Positions 8,176 through 17,900 of a stretch of DNA of 36,143 nt are shown here, piece after piece. Under the pieces are notes generated by a model that saw only the letters and a program-made list of their open reading frames with translations, did not search any database and was not told the origin of the DNA. Each line of letters starts with the position of its first letter. Positions within the stretch are counted from its first letter, which is position 1. The stretch covers positions 1 through 36,143 of the forward strand of contig RKRS01000220.1 in assembly GCA_007571275.1 (NCBI GenBank), written 5' to 3'. The DNA comes from Dehalococcoidia bacterium. GTDB taxonomy: Bacteria; Chloroflexota; Dehalococcoidia; Bin125. Made by a program: the position numbers and the translations under genes.

Positions 8176-8952
8176 CTAACCGCTTGCCGGTGGTTGCAGT
8201 AGTGCGACGATTCGCCTGATCAACATTGAAAACTGACGCTGATCAGCGGCGCGCTGGAGTTCTGCTCGCCAGTGATCGAAGCGTCGGGCGCGTACCTGCG
8301 CTGAATCGATCACCAGGTAACGGCGGATTGATTCCAGCACGTCCCAGGCCAGGCTTCCCAATTCCAGTCGCTCGGCGTTGATTGAGACGTTAGAGACGCT
8401 CTCGACCGTCAAGCCGGCCGCTTCCGCCGAGTCGCTGATCTGGCCGCGCAGTTGTTCCGGCGCGCCTCTGGTGAACGCTCGAACCAGATCGCGACCGATC
8501 TCCGCTTCGTCCGCCTGAAACCAGAGACCCGCCCAATCGGTCTGGACAATCAGGATCGGTCCGGCTGTCACCCGCGCGATCTCGCTGAGCGTTGTGATCG
8601 GATGTCGGAGCCATTCGAACACGTCGATCATGAGGGCGGAGTTGAAGGCGGCGTCTGCAAAGGGGAGACGTTGCGCGTCGGCGCGAACTACGCTCCAGTC
8701 AGACGGACCCAGCCACTGCTCCAACGACATCGTGTCAATCGCGACGCCGTGCAGCGGCGTACCCTGAGTGATGGCGGTCAACGCCAGTCCATCGCCGCTA
8801 CCGACATCGAGCGCCGGCCGGGCGTCTCGAGGCGCGCGGCCATTGAGCAACAGGTCATAGAGGGCGTCGTAGTGATGCCGCAACTCGGCGTGGATGGCTG
8901 GTTGGTCACTGTTTCGCTGCGCCGGCGGCGCCAGGCTGCGATGATGCGGCAC
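8176..8952 (-). CDS. Class I SAM-dependent methyltransferase
   Basis: 258 aa from a GTG start. It has motif I LDVGSGDGL and a post-I/II region (VRADAQRLPFADAAFNSALMIDVFEWL) typical of the Methyltransf_11/25 type. It starts 9 nt downstream of the DUF2203 gene. Confidence 0.8.
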   Translation of the reverse strand: MPHHRSLAPPAQRNSDQPAIHAELRHHYDALYDLLLNGRAPRDARPALDVGSGDGLALTAITQGTPLHGVAIDTMSLEQWLGPSDWSVVRADAQRLPFADAAFNSALMIDVFEWLRHPITTLSEIARVTAGPILIVQTDWAGLWFQADEAEIGRDLVRAFTRGAPEQLRGQISDSAEAAGLTVESVSNVSINAERLELGSLAWDVLESIRRYLVIDSAQVRARRFDHWRAELQRAADQRQFSMLIRRIVALLQPPASG

Positions 8953-8961
8953 GGAGGCGTC

Positions 8962-9372
8962 TCAGATCCACTCGGAGACAATGATTGGCTGTCGACCGGC
9001 GAAGCCATCGCTCAGCTCGTGCCACCAGCTGACCGTGCGTTCGCCGTACTGCCAGCAGAGATAGACCTCACGACCTTCGCGCTCAGCCCGCCAGTCCACC
9101 AGCCCCCGCCGAATGTCCTTGACCTCCACGCCCTGTTGCTGGATATGTTCGATCAACATGGCAATCTGACCCTCGAGCTTGGTGATCTCCGCCTGCAGTT
9201 CAGAGTCGTCAGTCACAATCGGATCGCCGTCGCTGCTCGTGCTGCGTCGCATCGACGACGCCAACGCGGACAGTTCATCCAGGCGTACGGCTCGCTTGCG
9301 CAGCACGATCACGACCGCTGCGATGCCTGGTAATGAGCGACGCGCTTGAGCCAGAGTGAACAGCCTCGGCAT
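8962..9372 (-). CDS. DUF2203 domain-containing protein
   Basis: I chose the ATG at 9372 ([17 protein letters not shown]...), giving 136 aa. The N-terminal FTLxxA..LP, a central coiled segment, and VEVKD...GLVDW...[11 protein letters not shown]...WWHE match my recollection of DUF2203. Confidence 0.7.
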   Translation of the reverse strand: MPRLFTLAQARRSLPGIAAVVIVLRKRAVRLDELSALASSMRRSTSSDGDPIVTDDSELQAEITKLEGQIAMLIEHIQQQGVEVKDIRRGLVDWRAEREGREVYLCWQYGERTVSWWHELSDGFAGRQPIIVSEWI

Positions 9373-9430
9373 GGAACGAATTCTACGCTGCCTGGCCAAG
9401 CAGATGATGCATCAGGTCATGCCGTTCCTG

Positions 9431-11533
9431 TCAGCGGTCGTCAGCGTCGTCACTCGGCGTCGTGGGAGCATGAGGCAGGAACCACCAGTTGTTGCGAGAC
9501 TGGGAGGCGGGATTGGCGAATAACGCTCGCACCGCCGCCTCCTCGGGCGGCACTGAAAGCACGATCGCCAGGTCATTCGCCTCAAGTCGGACGCTGCCTC
9601 GCGGGATGACCACTTCGCCACGTCGGTGAATGGCGGTGATCACCGAGGCTTCGGGCAGGTGTAGCTCCGAGACCGTACTCAGGTCCGCCCGCGAGCCTGG
9701 TTCGACCCGCACTTCGATCTCCACTGCGCCCACCAGGCGACGGACCGGTGCCGGGGCGCCGCGCTGACCGGACTCGCGAGTGGCCGGCTGGGCGACTTCA
9801 CGCAGGACGTCACGCTGCGTGAGCATGCCCATCAGACGGGTCTCGTCCTCGCGCGCGACCACCGGCAGCTGACGCACATCGTGCTCGACGAGGAGCGAAA
9901 GCGCGTAGCGCAGGTTGACATCCTGGTGTAAAAAGAGTGGCGCGACGACGGCCAGATCGAAGGCACGGCGATTCAACTCACCCCGCGCCAGCGCCGAGGC
10001 GACGTCCGTCGCCGTGACCAGACCGATAAACCGATTCTGCTGGTCAGCGACTGCGACCACGTTGCCTCTCGACTGACTCATCGCATTGGCAAGGTCCTGG
10101 ATCGTCGCCAGACGTGAAACGATCGGCGTATCAGTTCGCATGGTCGTCTCGACCGTCAGGTCGTCGAGCGGTAGGGCTGACTGGTCATCTCTCATATCCA
10201 ATCCGGCGCGCCGCAGCCTGACGTTGTAGATCGTGTCGCGGGTGAGTAATTGCGCCAATGCGGTCGCCAGCGCGACTGCGGTCATCAGCGGCAAAATGAG
10301 CGAATAGCCACTGAGCTCGAACACGATGAACAGGGACGTGAAGGGCGCGCGCGCCGCGGCGGCGAACATCGCCGCCATCCCGACCACGACATATGTGCCG
10401 GTCGGTCCAACGATTCCGGGTAGCGCCGATTCAAAGCCAGCGCCCATCAGCGCGCCGAGCGTCGCGCCGACGAACAGCAACGGCGCGAACGCGCCGCCCG
10501 ACGCTCCCGAGCCGATCGTCAACGAGGCGGCGATCAGCTTCAACACCATCAGGACGGCGAGTGTGGAAACCGCCATCCCGCCTTCGGCGAAGATCTGAAC
10601 CTGTTCCAGACCGGAGCCGAGGATGTTCGACTCGATCAGGGCCAACGCGCCAACAGCGAGTAGACCCAGGATCGGACGGACCATCATCGAGACGCCCAGA
10701 AACTCGAAGACATCCTCAGTAAAGAACCGGGTTCTGACGAAGAGGATGCCGCCGATCGCGGCGGAGACGCCGACGATTGCGTGGAGGAAGAGTTCCCAGT
10801 TGCTGTTGATATCGAGATCGGGCAGATTCAGACCGGTGTCGTCACCGTAGAAAGCAAATGCGACGATGTTGGCGAGGACCGCCGCCACCACCACAATGGT
10901 GAAGTTGCGCACGTTGAATCGTCGCAGCACCACCTCCAGGGCAAAGAATGTGCCCGCGATTGGCGTGTTGAATGTCGCGGCGACGCCACCGGCTGCCGCT
11001 GCCGCGACCATCAGGACCAGCATGTCCGACGGTTGCCTGGCCAGGCGTCCAATGGTCGATGCCAACGATGCGGCGATCAGGACAATCGGTCCCTCACGCC
11101 CTGCAGCGCCGCCACCGCCGAGCGTGAATCCGGTCGCAACCAACTTGGCCGGCGCAATGATCGGTCGGACAAATCCGCCGGCCCGCTCGACCGCGACCAT
11201 CACATACGGGACGCCCGCGCCCTGAGTTTCTGCGGAAATCCGGGAGACGATCAGCGCAACCGGAATCGCGGCGATGGCTGGCACGAGCATCAGCGTCCAG
11301 CCGCCTGCCAACCCATCGAGCAGTGAAGCCAGCTCGTCGAACACGGTGATCAACGCGTCGACGAGCGCGGTCAACACGACCGCGGCGAATCCAGCCGCCA
11401 GCCCGACGGCTCCCGCCAGGAGCAGCGGCGCGAGGTCTCGCGGGACCCGAACGCGGCCGACCAGCGGCAGGCGCCAGAAGAGCTGTGCCGAGCGCGTCCC
11501 GAAACGCCTCGAAGGACGAACAACCAGGGACAT
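9431..11533 (-). CDS. ClC-family voltage-gated chloride channel/antiporter with C-terminal CBS pair and TrkA-C (RCK_C) domain
   Basis: 700 aa. Selectivity-filter motifs are GAGVP (Ser position is Ala), GREGP, GAFAP and the Tyr in ELSGYSLILPLM. Two CBS-like repeats follow (…NRFIGLVTATDV, …RLMGMLTQRDVL). A TrkA-C-like end follows (VEIEVRVEPGS...VITAIHRRGEVVIPRGSVRLEANDLAIV). Confidence 0.9.
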   Translation of the reverse strand: MSLVVRPSRRFGTRSAQLFWRLPLVGRVRVPRDLAPLLLAGAVGLAAGFAAVVLTALVDALITVFDELASLLDGLAGGWTLMLVPAIAAIPVALIVSRISAETQGAGVPYVMVAVERAGGFVRPIIAPAKLVATGFTLGGGGAAGREGPIVLIAASLASTIGRLARQPSDMLVLMVAAAAAGGVAATFNTPIAGTFFALEVVLRRFNVRNFTIVVVAAVLANIVAFAFYGDDTGLNLPDLDINSNWELFLHAIVGVSAAIGGILFVRTRFFTEDVFEFLGVSMMVRPILGLLAVGALALIESNILGSGLEQVQIFAEGGMAVSTLAVLMVLKLIAASLTIGSGASGGAFAPLLFVGATLGALMGAGFESALPGIVGPTGTYVVVGMAAMFAAAARAPFTSLFIVFELSGYSLILPLMTAVALATALAQLLTRDTIYNVRLRRAGLDMRDDQSALPLDDLTVETTMRTDTPIVSRLATIQDLANAMSQSRGNVVAVADQQNRFIGLVTATDVASALARGELNRRAFDLAVVAPLFLHQDVNLRYALSLLVEHDVRQLPVVAREDETRLMGMLTQRDVLREVAQPATRESGQRGAPAPVRRLVGAVEIEVRVEPGSRADLSTVSELHLPEASVITAIHRRGEVVIPRGSVRLEANDLAIVLSVPPEEAAVRALFANPASQSRNNWWFLPHAPTTPSDDADDR

Positions 11534-11553
11534 CGCTCCGTTTATCCGTCGTA

Positions 11554-11593
11554 CGCAGCGAGCCTTCGGTCGAGCAACCTGGCTCTCGCTGCG
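11554..11593 (-). promoter_or_regulatory. Stem-loop between the LysM gene stop and the ClC start (leader structure or weak intercistronic terminator)
   Basis: CGCAGCGAG (11554-11562) pairs with CTCGCTGCG (11585-11593), giving 9 bp. GCC/GGC adds 3 bp across a 2-nt bulge, with a 16-nt loop. It lies about 20 nt upstream of the ClC ATG. There is no U-tract. Confidence 0.3.
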
Positions 11594-11660
11594 AGACTCT
11601 CCCGTCTGAGGCTATGCTTCCCGTTCACAGCGGGCAATTTGCCAGCGCCGCTGACGAGAG

Positions 11661-13034
11661 TTATTCCTCAGCGGAGCTTTCTTCAGATTCTTCGTTTGCC
11701 GTTTCGCCCGAGTCATCGCTGTCCAACAGGATGCGCATCGACTCGACCAGGTTGTCGCCCTGCGCGGTGAAGATGAAGGTATGTCTGGCTGCGGGCGTCT
11801 CGTCGATCGCCAGACCGTCGACCGAAATGTCCGGGATCCCGTCGCCAGTCACGTCCTCAATGGCGATTGCCGAAACTTCGGCTACCTGCGCGTCCACCCC
11901 GGTGATCACGCGGTAGCCGTCTCCGGTGGAAGCAAGGACGTAAAAGCTGCTGACACAGCCGCTGTCGTCGCAGGTGATTTCCCGGAATGTCAAATCGCGG
12001 AATTCATCCCCGGTCATGTCATCGTCGCTGAGTTGCTGAATGCCCTGCACCTCACGCGCGTAGGCTTGCGCGTGGTCATAGGCGATGCGGTAGCGAGACC
12101 AGTCACCAGGCGCTGGGTCATAGACGACGAGGTTGGAATAGGGCACGACGGCGCCGAACGAGTTTGGATTCGTGTAGACGATCGAGACCGAGAATGCGCC
12201 CTGCTCCTGCGTGTCGATCAGCACGATCCGATCATTGCCGACCGCCAGCGCTGGCATCGGCCAGGCCTTGAACAGCTCGATGATCTCTTCGATCTCGTAC
12301 ACCCCGTGCAACCACGGCAACGCCGCCGCGCCATACTGGAGGAAGTTCGACGGCGCATCAGGAATCGTGTCGGTGGTCTGATCAGGTCCAGGTTGAGGGA
12401 ATTGGCTATACGCCACTCGTGTCGGCGTCGCCGCCGGTACGGCAACGGTTGGTAGCTCGACGTCGGGCAGATCGGATTGCTCTGCTGCGTCAGCCTGCTC
12501 TTGTTCGTCCGCCTCTTCCGACGATGCCGGTTGCGCGTCGTCGGAGCTGCTGACCGCGTCGACGCTCGGCTCAACGCTGGGAATCTGCAGCTCCTGGCCG
12601 ACCTGGATCAAATCAGGATCCTGAATGCCGTTGAGCGTGATCAGATCATCCATTCGCACACCCAACCGATCGGCGATCTGTGCGAGCGTGTCGCCCGGCT
12701 GGACGATGTAGATATCCGGGTCGGCCTGCTCTTCGCTTGCTGTGCTGACGGTCGTCGTTTGCGCTTGCTGCTCTTCGTCCTCGGACGGTGAGGTCGTGAC
12801 GGCGACTGCCTGGGTTGGTTGGTTCTGCTGTTGCGTTGTTTGCTCGGATTCGACAGTCGTGGTGGCCTCGTCCCCGCTCGTTGTCGTCTCGGGCGGTTCG
12901 ACAACTTGTGGCGCGGGCTCGTCGCTGCCGAACAGACCGCAGCCGGCAAACAGAACAGGACTCAGGATGAACAGAGAAATGACACATGCAGCGACACCGA
13001 CGTGCCGCCGAGCAGGCCAACAATATTGAAACAT
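11661..13034 (-). CDS. LysM domain-containing putative lipoprotein with acidic low-complexity linkers
   Basis: I chose the ATG at 13034 (MFQYCWPARRHVGVAACVISLFILSPVLFAGCG, lipobox-like FAGC), giving 457 aa. The LysM domain is YIVQPGDTLAQIADRLGVRMDDLITLNGIQDPDLIQVGQELQIP. It is flanked by Thr/Gln/Glu/Asp-rich linkers. The C-terminal domain (about 250 aa) has FG-GAP-like VTGDGIPDISVDG. Confidence 0.75.
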   Translation of the reverse strand: MFQYCWPARRHVGVAACVISLFILSPVLFAGCGLFGSDEPAPQVVEPPETTTSGDEATTTVESEQTTQQQNQPTQAVAVTTSPSEDEEQQAQTTTVSTASEEQADPDIYIVQPGDTLAQIADRLGVRMDDLITLNGIQDPDLIQVGQELQIPSVEPSVDAVSSSDDAQPASSEEADEQEQADAAEQSDLPDVELPTVAVPAATPTRVAYSQFPQPGPDQTTDTIPDAPSNFLQYGAAALPWLHGVYEIEEIIELFKAWPMPALAVGNDRIVLIDTQEQGAFSVSIVYTNPNSFGAVVPYSNLVVYDPAPGDWSRYRIAYDHAQAYAREVQGIQQLSDDDMTGDEFRDLTFREITCDDSGCVSSFYVLASTGDGYRVITGVDAQVAEVSAIAIEDVTGDGIPDISVDGLAIDETPAARHTFIFTAQGDNLVESMRILLDSDDSGETANEESEESSAEE

Positions 13035-13120
13035 CAGTGACACAACCGCCCCGTCGCCTGTTGCCACTCTATACGCATTCGCGGCTTGGATGCGGAGCAG
13101 GCGACAGTCAGTCGTTGGCC

Positions 13121-13486
13121 TCACAGACGCGCGAGTTGTTGTCCGATCCAGGCTGCAGCTAGTCCGCCGACTCCCGAGACGACGAGATTGGCCAACGCCC
13201 AGCCCCAGCGACCCTCATTGAGCAAGTGCAGCGAATCGACCGAAAGCGTCGAAAACGTCGTGAATCCGCCGAGTAATCCGACAGTGAGCGCGAGTCTGAG
13301 ATTGGGCGAGATATCGACCCGCTCAAGGAACAGCGTGGCCAGCAGACCGAGCAGGAGCGCGCCGATCAGATTGACGGCGAAAATACCGAGCGGCAGTCCG
13401 TCGGGCTGACCAATCCACTTGCTGAGCAGATATCGGAACGTGGATCCAACCGCGCCACCGACTGCGATCAACGCCACCGTTGCCAT
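13121..13486 (-). CDS. crcB: Fluoride ion channel CrcB/FluC
   Basis: 121 aa with four TM helices. Motifs GGAVGSTFRY, FAVNLIGALLLG and GLLGGFTTFSTL are hallmark CrcB segments. It starts 3 nt after the dUTPase stop. Confidence 0.9.
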   Translation of the reverse strand: MATVALIAVGGAVGSTFRYLLSKWIGQPDGLPLGIFAVNLIGALLLGLLATLFLERVDISPNLRLALTVGLLGGFTTFSTLSVDSLHLLNEGRWGWALANLVVSGVGGLAAAWIGQQLARL

Positions 13487-13489
13487 CGG

Positions 13490-14374
13490 TCAACGGCCCG
13501 TGGAACCGAAGCCGCCTGCGCCCCGCGTGGTCTCATCGAGTATGTCGACCTCGACGACCGGCGCAAGCACCACCGGCGCGACGACCAGTTGGGCGATTCG
13601 GTCGCCCTGTTCGATCCGGTATCCATCTCCCGACGGATCGCGGACCGACATCGAAACCAACAGTTCCCCGCGATAGTCGGCGTCGACCGTGCCCCAGCCG
13701 ATTTCAACGCCGCGTCGCCAGAGTCCGGAGCGTGGCCGGATCTGAATCTCGCAACCAGGCGGCGGCGCGCAGGCGATGCCAGTTGGTACCGCTTGCGGCG
13801 TCTGCGTGAGATTGCATGAGCCACCCAATTCCGACAGTTCCGCATGGAGGTCCAGCCCGGAAGCCAGCTCGGAGCCGCGTGTGGGCAACTGCGCCGCCGC
13901 GCGCAGCCGCCGCACACGCAAGGCTCCGAGCGCCCCGCCGTCCGTCACAGCCCAACGAAACGGGGGGAAACGATCCAGCGGCGTGTTCGCCAACACGGCT
14001 GGATGGTCGGGAGCCTGGCGAAGGAGAGCCGCCGCATCGCCGATCATCGTCGACACATCTACTCCCAGATACGACGGCGCGTATGGCGCCAGGCGTTCAA
14101 TTCCAGATGCCAGTTTGATTCGCACACCGCGTGGTCGATGCGTGCCCGTCCAGTGGTGCAGGCCGGCTGCGAGCAGGATCAATCCCTGATAGAAGCTGCG
14201 AATGGTACGTCGCTCGACCTGCCAGATCTCTTCCCATGTCTCGTGCGCGTCGAAAAATGCGTAGGCGTCCCACTCCGCTGCGCCCTTCGCGAGCTCGGCG
14301 CGGTGCGCGGCGGAGATGGTCGGTTCGAGCGCGAGTTGTTCGTTTCGGGACGGAATCTCGCGGACTCTGGCCAT
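13490..14374 (-). CDS. dut: DUF309 domain fused to dUTP diphosphatase (dUTPase)
   Basis: 294 aa in one uninterrupted frame. The N-terminal half has the DUF309 signature (AFFDAHETWEEIWQ...YQGLILLAAGLHH). The C-terminal half has dUTPase motifs (TRGSELASGLDLHA, IRPRSGL, GTVDADYRGEL, GDRIAQLV, RGAGGFGSTG). An in-frame GTG at 13913-13915 could also start a stand-alone 141-aa dUTPase. Confidence 0.8.
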   Translation of the reverse strand: MARVREIPSRNEQLALEPTISAAHRAELAKGAAEWDAYAFFDAHETWEEIWQVERRTIRSFYQGLILLAAGLHHWTGTHRPRGVRIKLASGIERLAPYAPSYLGVDVSTMIGDAAALLRQAPDHPAVLANTPLDRFPPFRWAVTDGGALGALRVRRLRAAAQLPTRGSELASGLDLHAELSELGGSCNLTQTPQAVPTGIACAPPPGCEIQIRPRSGLWRRGVEIGWGTVDADYRGELLVSMSVRDPSGDGYRIEQGDRIAQLVVAPVVLAPVVEVDILDETTRGAGGFGSTGR

Positions 14375-14534
14375 AGAGTGCGCCGCCTTTTGCGTACGTT
14401 GCTCAGTGAGTTGTCCCGCCGCCGCCGCTCACAGACACTGTTAGCCAACACGCAGTTGGTCGGAACAGGTTGAGGTAAACGTCATCGCTGACTTTGTAAA
14501 CATCCAGGCCGCGCTCGCCCAGAACTTCGAGGAG

Positions 14535-14960
14535 ATGCGAACGTTGCTCGACGCTTGCTCCGACGACCGCCTCAGCGAGCGACTGGCGCCCAACGAATGG
14601 TCGGTCCGCGAGATCCTCTTGCACGTGGTTCACACCGAACGCTGGTTGCATCCGCAGCTGATGCTGTTGCGGCGTGAGGTCGCTCCGCAGCTGTCCATCC
14701 CGCGGGTCGGCGGCGTCACGCTGCCCGACACACAGTCGGAAGCCTCCCTGCCCGAGCTCCGCTGGGCGTTGACCAGCGTGCGCGAGGACACCGAGCGCCT
14801 GATCGCCGATCTGACCAGTGACCAACTGCGGGAGCCGGCCAACATCGAGCTTGACGGTGATGTGCTCGATATGTCCCTACGGACCATCGCCCTGACCGTC
14901 GCCGATCACCAGCTCTTCCACGTCCGACAAATCCAACGCACGCTCGGCATCGCGCCGTAG
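14535..14960 (+). CDS. DinB family protein
   Basis: 141 aa. LAPNEWSVREILLHVVHTERW, and DHQLFHVRQI near the C-terminus, fit the DinB/DinB_2 His-triad helix bundle. The open frame continues upstream to 14445 without a canonical start (see findings). Confidence 0.75.
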   Translation: MRTLLDACSDDRLSERLAPNEWSVREILLHVVHTERWLHPQLMLLRREVAPQLSIPRVGGVTLPDTQSEASLPELRWALTSVREDTERLIADLTSDQLREPANIELDGDVLDMSLRTIALTVADHQLFHVRQIQRTLGIAP

Positions 14961-14976
14961 TTTGCCATCGCGTTCG

Positions 14977-17900
14977 CTAGGCGGCCAGTCTGAGCGCGCC
15001 ATGTAGCTCGATCCGCCGCAGGAACCAGAGGAACGCGCCCAGATTAAGCGCGAACAGCGCGACCAGCGCGCCGAACAGGATGCCGACGCCACGCCAGTCG
15101 ATGATGAACTCCAGCGGCGGCACGACATCGCGCCCATCCGGTGTGAGCGCGAAGAAGTCCAACAGGATCGCGCCCGCCTGCGTTCCGACGATCAGGCCCG
15201 CGCCCAAACCGATGACGATGACGCACAGCTGCTCGAGCGCAATCAGGCTGAGAATTTGGCGGATGCTCATACCGACGCTCTGGCAGACGGCAAACTCCAC
15301 CCGTCGCGCCTGCGCCGTTACGGCGGTCAGCACGATCAACCCGAATGCGGACGCAATGGCGACCGCAGCGACCGCGCCGATGAAGACGCCGTTCCAGGAG
15401 GCGATGATCAGCGGGTCAGCGGCAAGCTCCGCCCGAGCGCTCTCAGTGGTGGCAATCGCCCCGGACGCGAGCGGCGCCCCGTACTCGACCAACAGCTCGT
15501 CCCACTGATTGAGCGGCGCCGATACCCAGAGCTCATCTCTGACGGCGAGCGCCACCCCTGCCGCGGCGCTGCCATAGAAACGCTCGACCAGCACCGCACG
15601 GTCGACCAACACCAGTGGGTCATCGCGTTGCGCGTCGTAGCTCGGGAACGTCTCGAACTGGCCAACCACCTCGAATGTCATCGGCGTCGGCCCGACCCGA
15701 ATCCTCACGGTCTCGCCGATCTGCAATCGTCCCTGCTGCATCGCTTCGACCGATAACAACACGGGCAGTGGGTTTCGTTCGGCGATGTAACGAACACCTC
15801 GCAGCGATGCCGGGATGGCGTTCCAGGCGTAGCGCGCGCCTGACTCGGCGACGAGGAAGAAATCAAGCGGTTCTTCCCCGACCAGCAGCGGAGTCGCCTC
15901 CCATCGATCCGACGTAAAGTCCGCCAGCTGCTGGCTCTCACCCGCATGTCGATAGACCAGATCGTCCAGCACGATCTCTCCAGCGGCGCGCGTCGATGCC
16001 AAATCGAGCGAGATCAGCGTCAGCGGCGCAGCCGGACGGTCGGTAACGCCTGGACGGAATCTGCTGGCCGCCTGGACCGGACGCGCCCCTTCCAGCGGCA
16101 GATAGGCGTTTGGCTGCCGCCCGAGTCGTGCGGAGAGCGTGACGAACTCCGCCATCGGTTGCGCATCCTCCACCGAGAGCACGTCGATCAGGTACCACCA
16201 ATAGCGCCCGTTGGCGTCCAGCACCTTGATCCCGACGGGCGTGTCCTGGCTGAGGGAGACAATCGCCACACGAAGCTCAAGCAGGCCGCCGAAGTCTGCA
16301 ATCGTTGCCCGATCGGTTGCATCCAGTGTTGTGGCGATGCTCGCCAGATCAGCGGGCGGTAGCGCCCAGTCAGTGTCGCGCTCCGCCAACTGTTCCGCCA
16401 CAACTGCCGCGTCGAGCGCGCCGATCTGCAGCCTGCCCGAATCTTCATCGCCATCGAATGCCCCGGCGATCCGTTTGAGTCGCGCTACCGTTCCGCCGCT
16501 GACCTGCTCAATTCGCTCGAACGGAATGTCCACGGAAAATGGCTCTGCGAGGCGGACCGATGCTCCGACGGCATGCAAGGCGCGATCGTCGTATGACGTG
16601 TCCAGTGTGGTCCGAAACGAGGCCGCAAAGACGGCCAGCGCACCGGCGATTGTCAGCAAGAGCACTGTCCGCGCGTAATGCGTCGGCGTCCGACCCAGAT
16701 ACCACGCGCTGAGTAACAGGGTCAGCGAGCGCCACGGTGACGCCAGTCGCGCCAGTGTCCGCATCGCCGGCGGGAAGAGACGCAGCACGATTAGCCCGAC
16801 GACGAAGAGCAGCACCGTGGGCGTCGCCACCGCCAACCAGTCCAGCCGAGTCTCGCCGACGAGCGGTGAGTCAATCGGCTCGCCCGCCCATTGCAACTCG
16901 AAGATCAGCAGCGCGCCGAGCCCCGCAATCGCCGCGTCGATCAACGCCCGCTGTGTCCACGACGTCGGCGGGCGGCCGCGTTCACGGCGCGTGGTGACCA
17001 TCGTCTGCCTGGTCGCCCGGTAGGTCGGGACGGCTTGCGCCAGGAGCGCCAACGCGCCCGCTCCGAGCGCCAGGTACCAGGACTCGGCGGGCAGCGAGAC
17101 TGGCAGGAATGGCCCGGCGTTCGTCGCCGCCAACGCCTCGTCGAACGGCGAGACGAAGCCCAGCAGACTGACCAGGCCCATGCCGATCAACGGGCCCAGC
17201 GCGATTGCCGGCGCGGTCAGCATCGCGGCTTCAACGATGTGCAGCAGCGCGACGTCGCGCTGACGCGCGCCCCGTGATCGCAGCCAGGCCGTGTCTTCCG
17301 TCCGCTGCTCGGCGAGCATCGCGGCGGCGATCACCGCATAGACCAGCACCGCGCCAACCAGCTGCAGCACGATCATCAGCAACGTTGACTGCGCGAACTG
17401 GAATCGGCTGCTGAAGCCCAGCAGGGTATCGACCAGTTCGGTCTCCTGCTGGACGCCCTCGATCGATTGCGCGATCCGACGGGTCATCTGTTCCAGCGCC
17501 TGGGCCGCGGCTGAGGCCTCAGCCGCCGACGCGCCGGTCAGGTCTGTGTGGAATCGTTGTAGCAGGGTCAACCGGAGCGTCGGCGACTGGTCGGCGAGTA
17601 TGCCCAGAATGCCTGCGCGGGTCGTCCAGAAACGCAGCTCGGAATCGCGCGCGGCAATCGGCAGGTAGGTTGGATCGAGCGTTGACCAGTGGCGCACATC
17701 TTCTGACGGGCTCAGCAACCCCACCACCCTGACGCGCGTCTCGTGCGCCTGGCCTAGCCAGAATGGCTGAGCCAGCAGTTCATCGCCGATGCCCAGCCCA
17801 AACGTCCGCGCCTGTTCGGACTCGACGGCCACTTCGAGGATGTCACGGGCTTCTTGTGGCGCCTGACCCTCGACAATGTCGTAACCGTCTTCGGCGTCCG

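Noticed and set aside
9431-11533. ClC protein as a CLC-F fluoride/proton antiporter
   Set aside because: It keeps the chloride-type GREGP and GxFxP (GAFAP) motifs and has CBS plus TrkA-C cytoplasmic domains. As I recall, CLC-F proteins have altered filter motifs and lack such domains.
13035-14470. Fluoride riboswitch upstream of crcB or of the dut-crcB operon
   Set aside because: crcB starts 3 nt after dut, so there is no room for a leader. In the 14375-14470 leader I could not find the conserved crcB-motif core segments by eye. This needs an Infernal scan to be definitive.
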